DNA of 63,481 nucleotides, counting the filler, from Diploschistes diacapsis (taxonomy: Eukaryota): NCBI GenBank assembly GCA_023645945.1. It is 25 parts of 25 records of this genome, joined end to end, with 100 filler letters (N's around TTAATTAATTAA, not from the genome) between each part and the next. Parts side by side here need not be neighbours in the genome. Positions count along the whole stretch, not along the records: positions 13,742 to 36,211 come from JALAIB010000282.1; positions 36,312 to 37,923 come from JALAIB010002820.1; positions 38,024 to 39,635 come from JALAIB010002821.1; positions 39,736 to 41,344 come from JALAIB010002822.1; positions 41,445 to 43,053 come from JALAIB010002823.1; positions 43,154 to 44,762 come from JALAIB010002824.1; positions 44,863 to 46,468 come from JALAIB010002825.1; positions 46,569 to 48,173 come from JALAIB010002826.1; 17 more parts are not named here. The stretch is one strand, 5' to 3'. A program made the translations under genes and the position numbers. The notes under the pieces were generated by a model. The model did no database searches and was not told the DNA's origin. It saw only the letters and a list, made by a program, of their open reading frames with translations. Of this stretch, positions 35,831-48,273 are shown one piece after another; within the stretch, counting starts at the first letter, position 1; every line of letters starts with the position of its first letter.

Positions 35831-36211
35831 TCAAAACCCGTAATCACTGCTCTCCCTCCACTCCGCGATCCTCCTCTCCCACCTCCCGCCCGCTCCTCCC
35901 TTCCTGCTTACACCTTCCTCACACTCCACCTCCTCAACCTCCACCCTCCCGAATACCGCGTCCCGGCCCTGCCCCGCACTCGAGCCATTCTTATACACGC
36001 CCCTCTCTATACCGGTCAAGTAGACATAGCCACCACCAGACATCCCAACACCACCACCAGCCACCTCCGCCCCCGCCCCTGGAACGGTGCCATTTAGCGG
36101 AAAAGGATACACCACGCAACCCACAATCTCGAGCTCCAAGCTAGCAAGGCGGGCGGTGACGGCGTCGTGAATGGCGGAATAGAGCGCGAGGAAGGAGGCA
36201 TAGTTGTAGAC
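35831..36211 (-). CDS. 3' part of a hypothetical gene truncated by the contig end
   Basis: Frame open from the contig edge for 126 codons (VYNYASFLALYSAIHDAV...WRESSDYGF*). Confidence 0.6.
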   Translation of the reverse strand, partial: VYNYASFLALYSAIHDAVTARLASLELEIVGCVVYPFPLNGTVPGAGAEVAGGGVGMSGGGYVYLTGIERGVYKNGSSAGQGRDAVFGRVEVEEVECEEGVSRKGGAGGRWERRIAEWRESSDYGF

Positions 36212-37501
36212 NNNNNNNNNNNNNNNNNNNNNNNNNNNNNNNNNNNNNNNNNNNNTTAATTAATTAANNNNNNNNNNNNNNNNNNNNNNNNNNNNNNNNN
36301 NNNNNNNNNNNACCGTAATACGTAGGAGTATAAATAGATTATTAAGTTTTAAATCTTATCGGTATTAATACGTGGGAGTAGTTGTTTATTGCGTATAAAG
36401 ATTTTATATTTAGATTTTCGTCGTTATTCGGATTTTATAATATGTATAAAAACGTACCGTATTTCTTCGGAGTAGTAATTTAGGTTATCGGGTTTAAAAC
36501 AATTTTAGAAGCGTTGGTAAGGAAGAGAAAATGAACGGATTTTATTGTTATAAAAGAATAAATAAAGATTTTCCGGTCTGAGATTAGGGATGTTTATTTT
36601 CGAGAATGGATCGTAAGGGTAATCTTGGCGCTAAAATAACATTTTTTTGCAATTCGGTTAGTAGAATAGGGGCTTTATAATCCTATAAAAAAGAGCTTTT
36701 TCGGAACGATGATAGAGGAAAAGGTGGATTATTAAGAAGTAAAGAGGTTTGCGTTTCTTTCGGACGAGGAGGAGGAAAGGAAAGAAGAAGAAAAGGATGA
36801 GAAGGATAAAAATAATCTAGATTTTAGTTTAAAGAAGGTAAAATCTAAGAAGGAGGAGGAGGAAGAAAACGGAAATGAGTGGGTAGTATGATAAAAAAAA
36901 AATTAGAAAACCCTAGGGGCTTATAATTATAATAAAAAAAAATTTATTTATTTATATAGTTGTTCGGTTGTCTGCTGGCTTTTTAATAAGTTTGTTTTCC
37001 TGTTTGTTTATTAAATGTTTTCTTGTTTGCGTGCTTGCTTTTTTATGTGTTAATTTATTTATCTTATGTTTTATTATTTGCTTGATTTTGTGATAAATTT
37101 TTTTTGGTTTTTCTATTTGCTTATCTGCAGTTAACTTCTTGCTAATGGTGACGAGACGAGGGAAAAATGGAAGAAAAGAAAGGAAAGGACGAAGAAAGAG
37201 GAGGACGTATTGTTAACTATACCTGTCGGACGGAGTATTTACGGATAATATAAATACAATCGGAGATAAGGATGTTTTTGGATAAGTACCGTCTTTCTGT
37301 CTAGTTATCTTTAGGAAAATGGAATATAAAAGGATAAATCTAGGAGCACGATTACGTCGAAAGAGGAGTATTAAGGATAATAAGTTTCTAAGTATTTTAG
37401 TTATCGGAAAGATATAGGACTACATTGGAATATAGAGATAGAAGGATAGAGATTTCCTATTAATAAGACTTGTGTAAAGTTCGCTATAGGATAGCGAATT
37501 A

Positions 37502-37696
37502 TTAAAGGGGAGGTTGCATCACGAAAAGTTTTTCAAGCAAAAAAAAATTTCTGGCAAAAGTGCCTGTTTCGCGGGTTTCGCCCATTTCGCCAGCTTTCGC
37601 TAAAACGTTTGGCGAAACATGGCGAAACGGGCGAAACGGGCGAAACTGGCGAAACGGGCGAAACTGGCGAAACTGGCGAAACCTGGCGAAACTGGC
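37502..37696. repeat. Probable transposon terminus with tandem 9-bp GGCGAAAC(T/G) repeats (~37611-37696) and inverted TTTCGC copies
   Basis: About 9 direct units; cut by an LTR A insertion at 37697. Confidence 0.7.
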
Positions 37697-37923
37697 TGTT
37701 ACGATCCAAGGTACTAGGCGGTAGTTACTTGGCACGCAACAGCTAGTCGGGCACTTCCCAACCATTCCTTGTATATAGTCTAATCAGGGTGACGCGGGTC
37801 ACGTGATGAATAAAAGGTCTGGAAGACCATTTTATTCCGTTACGAGTAGAAAGGAAGAACGGTAGTTTTATCCATCTATTTATTTATTCTACTAAAAGAG
37901 TTGTTGGTTATATAGAAACGTCG
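37697..37923 (+). mobile_element. LTR family A, 5' part (to contig end)
   Basis: Starts TGTTACGATCC; reverse complement of ~680-902. Confidence 0.8.
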
Positions 37924-38416
37924 NNNNNNNNNNNNNNNNNNNNNNNNNNNNNNNNNNNNNNNNNNNNTTAATTAATTAANNNNNNNNNNNNNNNNNNNNN
38001 NNNNNNNNNNNNNNNNNNNNNNNATTAAATAGTTAGTTTCGAGGCGTTTCGACTGGAATTCAATTAATATTAATATATAATGCTTTAAAAATGATTATAG
38101 ACGGTAATATCTTACTAATAGTTAAAATATATTCGATAGCAGTTATCTATTTTTGTTTTTTTTAATAATTTTTTAATTCGAGTTTGTTTAATTCGAAACG
38201 AAGGCTTTAAAAAAAGAACTATTATTAATATTAAAATTTAACTCGTTTATATTATAGATGTATTCGGGCGCGTATTGTCTTTTATTATATTAAATTATTA
38301 TTATATCGAATTACCGTTATATAACCTCGTAATTTATCGCATTAAATTTATTCGACTCGATGTATCTCGTTTAAACATTAATAATTTCGGGAAATCGTTT
38401 ACGAAATCGTGATACT

Positions 38417-38677
38417 TGTTTGGCAACGTAATGGATATATTGAAGTCTAGAGGTCTTATCCTAGGAAGTATCCTACTGTGTAGACTTTTATACCCCACGG
38501 GACTCGCTAAGTTTCATTGTTTATACTACTCCTGATCGGTCTAGTTCTAACTTCAATATCAATACTAACATTAATAGGCGGGAAGTTCAGTTGAATTGAA
38601 CTTCCTAGTTTAGCTGAACTGAATTTTATGGAATTAGGTCGAGTTTGTAGCCATATTTTCTGTTTATCTGTTTAACA
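38417..38677 (-). mobile_element. LTR family D (Copia), 3' LTR
   Basis: TGTTTGGCAACG...TTTAACA; shared with 41476-41717 and 61522-61737. Confidence 0.8.
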
Positions 38678-41197
38678 TTCTTCCACAGGCGGAACCGTCT
38701 AGTATGTTTAGTCTAATTTAATTTTTTAAATTAAAATCGATTGTTTTAAGACGTTATATTTCGTAATATAATAGCGTTATTTTAAGCGTCGTAATCTTAT
38801 TAGCGACTTTTCCGTAATTTTATCTTACATAACCCTTTTTTCTGACAATATAAAAAGAAAGTATAATATATATTAAATATAGAGTATCGAAGACTGAAAA
38901 TATTTTTTTCTAACTTTTTTAACCGTCGGTCATTATTACCTAGTTCGGATCGATTATAGGGAACAGGCGCCCCTAGGGTGCTGTAATGTACCGTAAATTC
39001 TAGATAATAGGTTTAATATTTAAATAGAATATTTCTTTTTCGATTTTGATTCGTCGTTTTTCGAATAGGAGTTAAATATCTAGATAGATGAACTAGTCAG
39101 TCGATTGAAGTTCAGGTTCAGATTTAATATCAGTTTTTGAACTTTTATTGTCTGAATTTTTTATATCGCAGGCGCGTTTGTTCTTGCCCTTTTGCTTGTT
39201 GCGGATGTCTCAGGATTCTTTTTTCTTCCGTTTCTTATCTTTTGCTGCGATGATCAAACTTCTGAATTCTATAAAGAGTTTATAGCGTATCGCGCGATGA
39301 TTATTATCGTTATAAAGTAGATATCTTTTTAATAAGCTTCTTGAGTTAAAATGACGGCGTCGTTTCTCATCGGATCGGGATCCTTTTTGACGGAATGAAT
39401 ATGCTCCGATTTCCTTTTTTGTTCGTTTCTTTTATTTATTAGTTAATTTATTAAATTATTTATCGAAATCGATATCGGCGGATAAAACATTATCGATCTA
39501 GATATTAATAGCGTCGATAATAACTACGTAATTAGGCGGTAATGCTGCAAGTAGTTATTAAAAAAGAACCTTTAGGGCGTGATTTTTTTATTTATACGAT
39601 ATCCGTTTTAAAAGTTTTATTAAATGTGTCTATGTNNNNNNNNNNNNNNNNNNNNNNNNNNNNNNNNNNNNNNNNNNNNTTAATTAATTAANNNNNNNNN
39701 NNNNNNNNNNNNNNNNNNNNNNNNNNNNNNNNNNNCGTAAATATTAATAATCGAAGGTATTCCGGGATCTAAATTATTATATTAACGTTATAATCGTTTA
39801 AATATTTAGTATATTTATGTATCGATAGATTTATTAATTCCGTAAATGTTTTTTCGAGTTAAATAACGGTTTAAACCCGTTTTCTATACGTCGAATCGAG
39901 TTAAAAGATCTATAAAAGCAAGTACGTTCTGATCGTAAGCGAGTTAAACGTCGAGTATAAGCCGGCGCAGCTCCGGGGTAAAAAGATTAGATATCTATTA
40001 AATATTATTAATAAACAAAATCTTTAGTCTATTAAACAGAAGAGATTTACGAGCTCGTAGACCCGTTTTGTTTTTAGAGCCGAGTAGGTAGTATAAGCAG
40101 ATCTTTTAGAAAAAAGGTCAGAATAAGGGGACCAGATAGGTACCATTTTAGTAGTTATTAGGTTCCGGGTATAGGCTAAACAGTAAATTATAGAAAGAAT
40201 TTCCGACTAAAACTGGATCGTTTTTTATTAATACCGATCGTTAATTTTCCGGAGCTTTATCGCGGGATATACGTATATTAGACGAGATAAAGATACTTTT
40301 AAAAAAAAATTTATAATAATTCTATTTAAGGGATTATTAATTTATTTAAATTATATCTAAAGATAAAGAAATAAAAAAAACATAAAAATTATATAAGCTA
40401 TAAAGAATTATTAAAGAAATAAAAAGATTTATTTTATTAATATATTTATTTTATAAAACCGCTATATATTATAATTTATAAATATACGTAACTTATACCC
40501 GCGTTTTGTGTATTTAAAAACCGATATCGGCCCGTATATTAATTAATCGGGGCCGTGTCGGTAAATTTTTCGTTTAACGGCGGATTTATATCCGTTACGT
40601 TTCCGCGGAGTTAGCGGGGGTATATTAGGATTTCTATAGGAATTTTTGGATAAGCGTGAGTAACGGTTCTGGAGGTTTAGAGTTAAGAAAGAGGAAGGTA
40701 ATTATAATAGATACCTGTGATAGTCCTCCGGGTGAACGGAAGACCTCAGCTTTAGCACCGCGCCAAGGCCGCGGGCCTACATAAGAGGAGTTTTTAGTAG
40801 GAAGTCTCCTACTTTCTTCTCGAGAGATTAGTTCATAAATACTATGACCATTACTACCACACTACTGCATTTTATCCTTGACAGTGACAATAAGGCAGAT
40901 AAGTGGCTATTCGGTGGCTAGATCTCTGCTAGACGATAGATGTATTAATGAAATAACTTCTAAAGAATTATTTCTATTTACGAAAACTTTATTTTTATAT
41001 AATAACACGCTAACGAGCTTTAATATATACTTAACATACTTTTTAATAATTTTTATTAAGTTTTATATATTATAATTATCTTTTCTTTTTTTAAATTTTG
41101 TTTTTAGAACGTTTAATTATCGTAACGTACCTTTATTATTAATTATATAATAATAGATTTCTAACGTGTCGTCAATCTTTTATATTTTAATAATATA

Positions 41198-41344
41198 TGT
41201 TGAGCAGGCAGGCAGAATGCATGGCTGGGAAGTTCAGCTGAACCTATTAGGGTTCTTATTAATCTTAATCGGGAATAATGTAAGTCTATAAGACTTAGTA
41301 GATCCTATTGATATAAAAATTTATATATAGATTATTTCTTTTAA
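41198..41344 (+). mobile_element. LTR family D-related partial LTR
   Basis: Starts TGTTGAGCAGGCAGGCAGAA like 61522. Confidence 0.65.
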
Positions 41345-41475
41345 NNNNNNNNNNNNNNNNNNNNNNNNNNNNNNNNNNNNNNNNNNNNTTAATTAATTAA
41401 NNNNNNNNNNNNNNNNNNNNNNNNNNNNNNNNNNNNNNNNNNNNTCTTAATATTAAGATTAAAATTTATAATAAA

Positions 41476-42409
41476 TGTTTGGCAACGTAATGGATATATT
41501 GAAGTCTAGAGGTCTTGTCACTTATGAAGATATCCTACTGCGCAGACTTTTATACCTTACGGGATCCGCTAAGCCTTATTACCAATACTACTCCCGATCG
41601 GTTTAGTCAGAGTTCTAGAAGATTTAGCTGAATTGAACCTCGGAGTTCAATAGAACTAAACTTCCGACTAGAATTCAATCGAACTTTCAGCCATATTTTC
41701 TGTTTATCTGTTCAACATTCTCCTATAGGCGGAATCGTCCAATATATTTAGATAATTTAATTAAATATCTTTTAGATTAGGTCGAGTTTCTTAATAAAGG
41801 CGTCGTGTTTCGAGTAGTTTAATAGTTTTATAAGCTCGTTAATAATCATTTTATCGATAGGAATATAAGACACCCTAATACGTCTTTATTTAACAAGATC
41901 TCGTACGTGATAATAAGTAATATCGACGTGTTTTGAACGATCGTTAATCGTCGCGTGTTTTATTAAGTTTAAAGAACCAATATTATCACAGAGTAGATTA
42001 ATAATATATAGAAATGATTTTATACGGTCAGAATAGTTAATATCTTTTAAGAATTATAAATATTATAAGGCCTGTTTAGCGGCGTGAGATAAATTAATAT
42101 ATTTAACTTTTATAATTGATGTTGAAACTGAACTCTGTTTTTTATTTGTTTAAGATATTAGTCTATCGTATAACTGAAAGATATATTTGTACGTAGATTT
42201 TCGATCTAACTTGTTTTTCCCTATAATCTATATCGGAATATTCCCGTAATTTTAAAAATTCAGGTTTAATACTAAACTGAATCTTAATATCCTTTATTTT
42301 TCGATTATAGCGGAGTAGTCCCTTTAAAACGTATAAATAATCAATATATAGATTAATTATATATTAATTTAATTTTTTATTAATAAATCAATATTTAATC
42401 TCGTATAGA
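41476..42409 (-). mobile_element. Copia element 3' end: LTR D (41476-41717) plus RNase H remnant
   Basis: Minus strand encodes RKST and INDRSKHVDITYYHVRDLV. Confidence 0.85.
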
Positions 42410-42881
42410 TGAGACAGCCCAGCCCATGGGCCTGCCAAGCCACGGCAGGGTTAATGCCCAGGTGCTTGCCAAGCCACGGCAGGGTCAGGAAATGGTTGTA
42501 TAAACGGGTAATCCCCGAACCTCGGTAGGTCTAACATTCATACTACTTAACAGTATTCTTTTCTTATTTAGATAGTTTCTTTGAAACGCCAGCGCAGGAA
42601 AGGATGTTATTCTACCGGGGACTGGGCCTGATCCGGAAGGATTAGGTGTAGCTTAGGCATCTGCAGGTAAAAGGTCTCGATTCGAAAAGCTGAAAAAGAA
42701 ACTATCTAAATGGGAAGAAGGTACCGTTAAGTAGTGTGGATGTTAGACCTATTAGGGTTCGGGGACTACCCGTCTACACAGTTACTTCTTAATCCTGCCG
42801 TGTCTTGGTAAGCACCTGGGCATTGACCCTGCCGTGGCTTGGCAGGCCCAGCTTGGCAGGTCCCTGGGCTGGGCTGTCTTA
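42410..42881. mobile_element. Partial LTR B (+, 42410-42581) abutting an inverted complete 3' LTR B (-, 42582-42881) with PPT
   Basis: TGAGACAGCCC start; TGAAACGCCAGCG junction; TACCCCCCTTTCC follows 42881. Confidence 0.8.
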
Positions 42882-43153
42882 TTACCCCCCTTTCCAGATG
42901 TTTATGTTTCTTATAAGCGCGATGCTCTTTTTTTAGTTAATCTTTATCTCGATCTTTATTTCTTTTTCTAATTTATTTAAAAGGATACCCGTTGTTTTTT
43001 CGTAATAAATGTTTTTATCTTTTTAAATCTCTTTCAGCGTTATTTTTAATTAANNNNNNNNNNNNNNNNNNNNNNNNNNNNNNNNNNNNNNNNNNNNTTA
43101 ATTAATTAANNNNNNNNNNNNNNNNNNNNNNNNNNNNNNNNNNNNNNNNNNNN

Positions 43154-44296
43154 ACGACATATAGTCCTAACGTAAAAACGATAAAAGTAATACGCGAACG
43201 AGTATCGACGTCTCGTTAAAAAGATTAACCCCGATAATTTAATTTAATTAAATATACGCAATATTAGAACCATTCGAACCTATACGAAACTAAATAATAA
43301 ATAAAACGGTCCTTACAACGTATTACGAAAGTTAAGCGACGTCGATTACGAACTAGATTTGTTAACGTCGATAAAATAATTTAAAACCTTTTATTCGTTT
43401 TTACTTTTAAAAGACCCGCAAGACCCATTAAAGGAACAAACGTATCTTAAATTATCTCCGGTAGAAACGAAGGTCGAAAAAGAATGGAAGCTTAAGGAAA
43501 TCTTTAACGCCAGACGTGACCCCGAACGAGAACTAAACGTCTAATATAAGTACGTTGGGTAAAATAATTACCCGACGATAATTAATATCTTGTTATTAAT
43601 TTCGAAAATACCTTCGATATCTTACGAGAATTTTATTAACTAAATTCCGCAAAGATAAGATCCTTATAACTTATAACGCCTAAGGATAAATAACTTACGT
43701 TAATAAGGACTATAAACGGGAGCGAGGTTTTAAAATAAAACGATATTAATTATTACGACGATTACGTTTTTTTATAGAATCTAAAAGTATATTTAAATAA
43801 AGATACCGTTAAAAGAGGTTTAAAAAAACGATAATATCTATTACGAAAGAACAACGGGTATCCTTTTAAACAAATTAGCGAAAGAGATGAAGATCGAGAT
43901 GAAAATTAATTAAAAAAGGCATCATCGCGTTTATAAAAGATACAAGCATCTAGAAAAGGGGGTAATGAAATAGATCAGTTAAATGAAACAGATCAGCTTA
44001 GGCGTGCTAAGCCACCGGGGTCACGTAACGGTAGGGTCACATGACGGTAGGGTTACACGACGGGTACTAACCGTGCTAAGGATGTTAAGGGGTGGCTGTG
44101 TAAGCGGGTAGGATCCGAACCCCATAAGGCTGGCACTTATACACTATTTATTCCTACCACCCTCCTATTTAGATAGTTTCTTCTCTAGCTTTTCGAATCG
44201 AGACCTTTTATCTGCAGATGTCCAGCTACACGTAATCCTTCCGGATCAGGCCCAGCCCCCGATAGTGTAGTATTCCATTCCTGCGCTGGCGTTTCA
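43154..44296 (+). mobile_element. Chromovirus (Gypsy) 3' end: chromodomain remnant, PPT, 3' LTR B (43966-44296)
   Basis: PVETKVEKEWKLKEIFNARR near 43458-43515 is chromodomain-like; AGAAAAGGGGGTA PPT precedes the LTR. Confidence 0.8.
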
Positions 44297-44516
44297 GAAA
44301 TATGATAATATTATTTTATATTTAGGATATATTATGTATATTTTAGGGTTAAAAGCGAACCTTATATCGGAATAAAAGTTATATAAAATAAACTTACGAG
44401 GAAGTTTTAATTAAGATGGCTTATATTTATATAATAACGAAGGACGGATCATTCTTACGTGCAAAAAGAAGAATGAAGTCTATTACACAAGCAAGATTAT
44501 TAAAAGAGAACATACA

Positions 44517-44762
44517 TGTTATGATCTCTATCTATACAAGGTATACACGAGTAGGATCAAGATGGGTTTGGTCTCTGTTAGAAGAGGAGTGTGGCAGGAG
44601 AAGAAGATAGAGTAGTTATATGTCTTGGACTATCTCTAGAAAGAAGGTTCTCTAATAATAGAAATAACGAATATAGATTGATCCCGAGTAATAATTAGAG
44701 ATGTTTATAAAAGTAAATATAATAAAATTTAAAGAAATAATAATAAATCTTCTTATATAGCT
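44517..44762 (-). mobile_element. LTR family A, partial, inserted in a Copia remnant (44297-44516)
   Basis: TGTTATGATCTCTATC end; flank homologous to Copia sequence at 57840-57950. Confidence 0.75.
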
Positions 44763-44862
44763 NNNNNNNNNNNNNNNNNNNNNNNNNNNNNNNNNNNNNN
44801 NNNNNNTTAATTAATTAANNNNNNNNNNNNNNNNNNNNNNNNNNNNNNNNNNNNNNNNNNNN

Positions 44863-45717
44863 ATATAAATACGTATTAATTCTATTAGTTTCGTCAGTTC
44901 ATCTTTAATTCGTTAATAAATCTTTTTTATTTATTTTTATGATTATAGGTCCATCACGTTTTCGGTAACGTTGTCTTAATTAATTTACTCTTTTATCGGG
45001 TCTTTGAACGAAGATATTCGTCGTTTAAATTCGTCGCGGGGGCCTTTCTAGGATCCTTTTCGTATTAATTCTTCGTTAATATTAAATCCTTCGAAGGTCC
45101 TTAATATAGATAATTACCGTAACGCGGGATATTTTATAGATTATTTTTTAACTATCGATTCGTTTCCTAAATTATATTTTTTAATCGTTAGGATCTCGAT
45201 TGATTCTTTAAAAGTCGGAAGTGTTATAAATTCTTTTTTTCTTTTTTGATTTTTTTTATTAGCGGGGGCTATTGTTTATAATAAGTCGGCGGGTAGTACT
45301 TTCGAGTTCCGGTTATTATGAATTCACTCGAATATTTAATTCGGTTAACGTTTTAAACTTTCGTCACGAATACGAAAATAAAGTAAACTTTTCGAATATA
45401 AAACGTTAGCGTAGGAAAGGATGTTATTTTATCGGAAACTAAATCTAATCCGGAAGGATTAAATGTAGCTGGGTATCTGTAGGTAAAAGATCTCGATTCG
45501 AAAAATTGAAGAAGAAATTATCTAGGTGGGAGGAAGGTATCGTTAAGTAGTGTAGGTGTCAGACCTACCGGGGTTCGGGGACTACCCATCTACATAGCCA
45601 TCCCCTAACCCTGCCGTGTCTTGGCAAGCACCTGGGCATTGACCCTGCCGTGGCTTGGCAAGCCCCTGGGCACTAACCCTGCCGTGGCTTGGCAGGCCCC
45701 TGGGCTGGGCTGTCTCA
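44863..45717 (-). mobile_element. Family B 5' LTR (45399-45717), PBS (45386-45397) and gag remnant
   Basis: Reverse complement of 2141-2900; carries ~31-bp tandem repeats in U3. Confidence 0.85.
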
Positions 45718-47639
45718 ATAACATGGTTTTAAGGTTTATAATTAGATAGTATTTTAAGCCTATTTCTTCTTAAAAGAAGTATAATTATTAATAATACATT
45801 TTAAACATCTTTAAAAGGTAAGTATTTCTTTTCTTATTAATATTTTTATTAATACGAATCTTTACTTTTCGTAATTGAATTTATTAATTAAGGTTTTCTT
45901 TAATTCCGGTTCGAGAAGTATCGTATAATACTTTCTTTTTATTTATCGTAATCGCCATGACTGCGTATAAGCGGAATATGTTAATATACGTACATTCGTT
46001 TAACTTAAAAGTCCATGTCTTGAAATTAATCGTTAAATTATGGATATTTAGCCATAAATTCCTAAAAATAACGTCGTATTTTATCATCTCGATAATAATA
46101 AAAGTAAATTTTTTAATATATTTACGGATTTAGATTATTAACGGAATCGTACGTTTAATAATCTGTTAAACGTTACGATCCGTTACGATTTCGAATATGA
46201 ATTTTTTCTTAAATTCGTAACTTTTTATCTTTAATCGTTATATATATTTAATTAAGATAGCGTTTATTTCGATATTTAAATTAATTAGAACTCGTATGGC
46301 TTATCGATTTAATCCGATTTCGAAAGTAATTTAATTTCGTCGTTTTAAAGCCCGCGTGTTATTATTTATATTTATAATATATAGCTTTTTAGTTTGACTT
46401 ATAATTAAAAGGCTTTAACTTTTTATAAAATTTATTTATTAATTAGGTAGGATCTTTTATCGTAATACNNNNNNNNNNNNNNNNNNNNNNNNNNNNNNNN
46501 NNNNNNNNNNNNTTAATTAATTAANNNNNNNNNNNNNNNNNNNNNNNNNNNNNNNNNNNNNNNNNNNNTTTATTTACTTAACGATCGATTATATGCTTTT
46601 TTTCTTATTTTAATCTTAACATTCTAATTTTTTTTAAGATACGATGGAGCCCTCGTTGTCTGCTCGCCCCGCCGCCCTCCCTGCCGCCGGCGCGGCCACG
46701 TTCGATATGGTCGCCGACAACGATGAGCTGGGTCTTGAAGACCTTATGCTCAACGACGCCCTCTCCGCCGCTCTGGGTCGTAGTATTGTTTTCTCGCCCG
46801 CCCCGACGCCTGCTGCCTCACCGCCCCCTGGCTCGCCTGCCCTCGCCGCTCTCGCCGAGCCTGCGCGGGCTTAGATACCCTTACCGCCGCTACCTGCTGC
46901 GGGGAAGTTTTATAATTTCTTTACGGATCTCCCGGCGTAAAAAACGCGTCTCTTTATTATCGCGGATATCCTTCGGATGATCGTGGCGGATTTTAACGGG
47001 TTTTGGTCTTACGTGGATAATTTTTAAATTTATAATATAATTATCGTGATCCGATCGGAACGTCGGTTATAAATAAATCGTCGCTCCATTTAAAGGTATT
47101 TATTTATTTATTTATTTAATCTTATTCTAATCTATCCCTCAGGGGGCATGTAGGACTAACTATACGTCTTTTCTAGGGAAAAAACCTCTGGGGTACTAAA
47201 ACCTTAGAATTCGGCGTTTACCGCCTTATTGACGATTCGGTTCCTATCCGTTCTTACGCCGCTTATGGTATCTTGTTGAGGTGTTATTACCTAGTTAACC
47301 GGGATATCGTAAAGTAGAAAAAACGTAAGGTTATATTAAATTAAACGGCCTATACGTATAATTTAATCGAAAAGAATTCGGATCCCTTACGGGTCTATCG
47401 TTAATTATTTTTAATTTAATCTTCCTTAACATTTTAATTCTTCCCTATTATATAAGATATAGAAAATAATTATATATTAAACCGTTTCTAATTCGCCGTT
47501 ATAACGATATTTTAGCGATTCGATTTCGGGGACGTTCTATTTTTTAAAATATTTATTTAACCCGTTTATACCGGTTCTTACCTAAATCGCTATTAAACTT
47601 TTTATTTTTTTAACCCCCGGTATAAATCGAGAATCTTAC

Positions 47640-48173
47640 GTCACCCCGATATTATAACGACATCTCCCTCTCGTCACTTCTTCGAATCCCTTCCGTTAGT
47701 TTTCTTTTCTTTTCATTTTTCCGTTCTTTTTATCCATTCTTTTTTTATTCATTCTTTTATTCCTTCTTCTTCTTTTTTTTTATCGTTTATTTATGCCGCC
47801 CGAAATTAAATTAATATCGATTTAATTTTCGTTTTCCGTTCTCGTTTTAATCGTAATCTTTTCGTTATCGCTACGTATCGCTTCTTAATTTCCGCTATTA
47901 TTCCGTTAATTTCGAATTTCCGATAAATACGCGCCGTTATATCGGCCAGATAAAGATCCGTTGAAAATACGTAAGCCTCGGCTCCTAATCTCGCAATCGG
48001 GGTTGGCCTATACGCCCCCGTGATTATGCGGAATGCACGATTTTAAAGACGCTCGAGCCCCTCCCTTCCCCCCCCGGATCTAGACCGCCACGGTTCCGCC
48101 CATGTCCCGCCTCCGTACAGCATACTCGTTCTCATTCCTGCGCAATATACTTGACGCGCGCCCCGTAGGGACT
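47640..48173 (-). mobile_element. Tad-like LINE ORF2 remnant
   Basis: Paralogue of 7890-8320; ARQVYCAGMRTSMLYGGGTW motif. Confidence 0.75.
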
Positions 48174-48273
48174 NNNNNNNNNNNNNNNNNNNNNNNNNNN
48201 NNNNNNNNNNNNNNNNNTTAATTAATTAANNNNNNNNNNNNNNNNNNNNNNNNNNNNNNNNNNNNNNNNNNNN

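Noticed and set aside
35605..36144. Pro/Ser/His-rich 179-aa plus-strand ORF
   Set aside because: Low-complexity mirror of the G-rich minus-strand gene and its 3' region
13742..36211. Gene island as Starship cargo, horizontal transfer or biosynthetic cluster
   Set aside because: Core housekeeping genes with normal fungal introns; no tyrosine recombinase captain or biosynthetic enzyme; flanking contigs are not physically linked
36900..37130. T-rich TTTG/TTTA tract as a telomere-like repeat
   Set aside because: Degenerate low-complexity sequence without TTAGGG units
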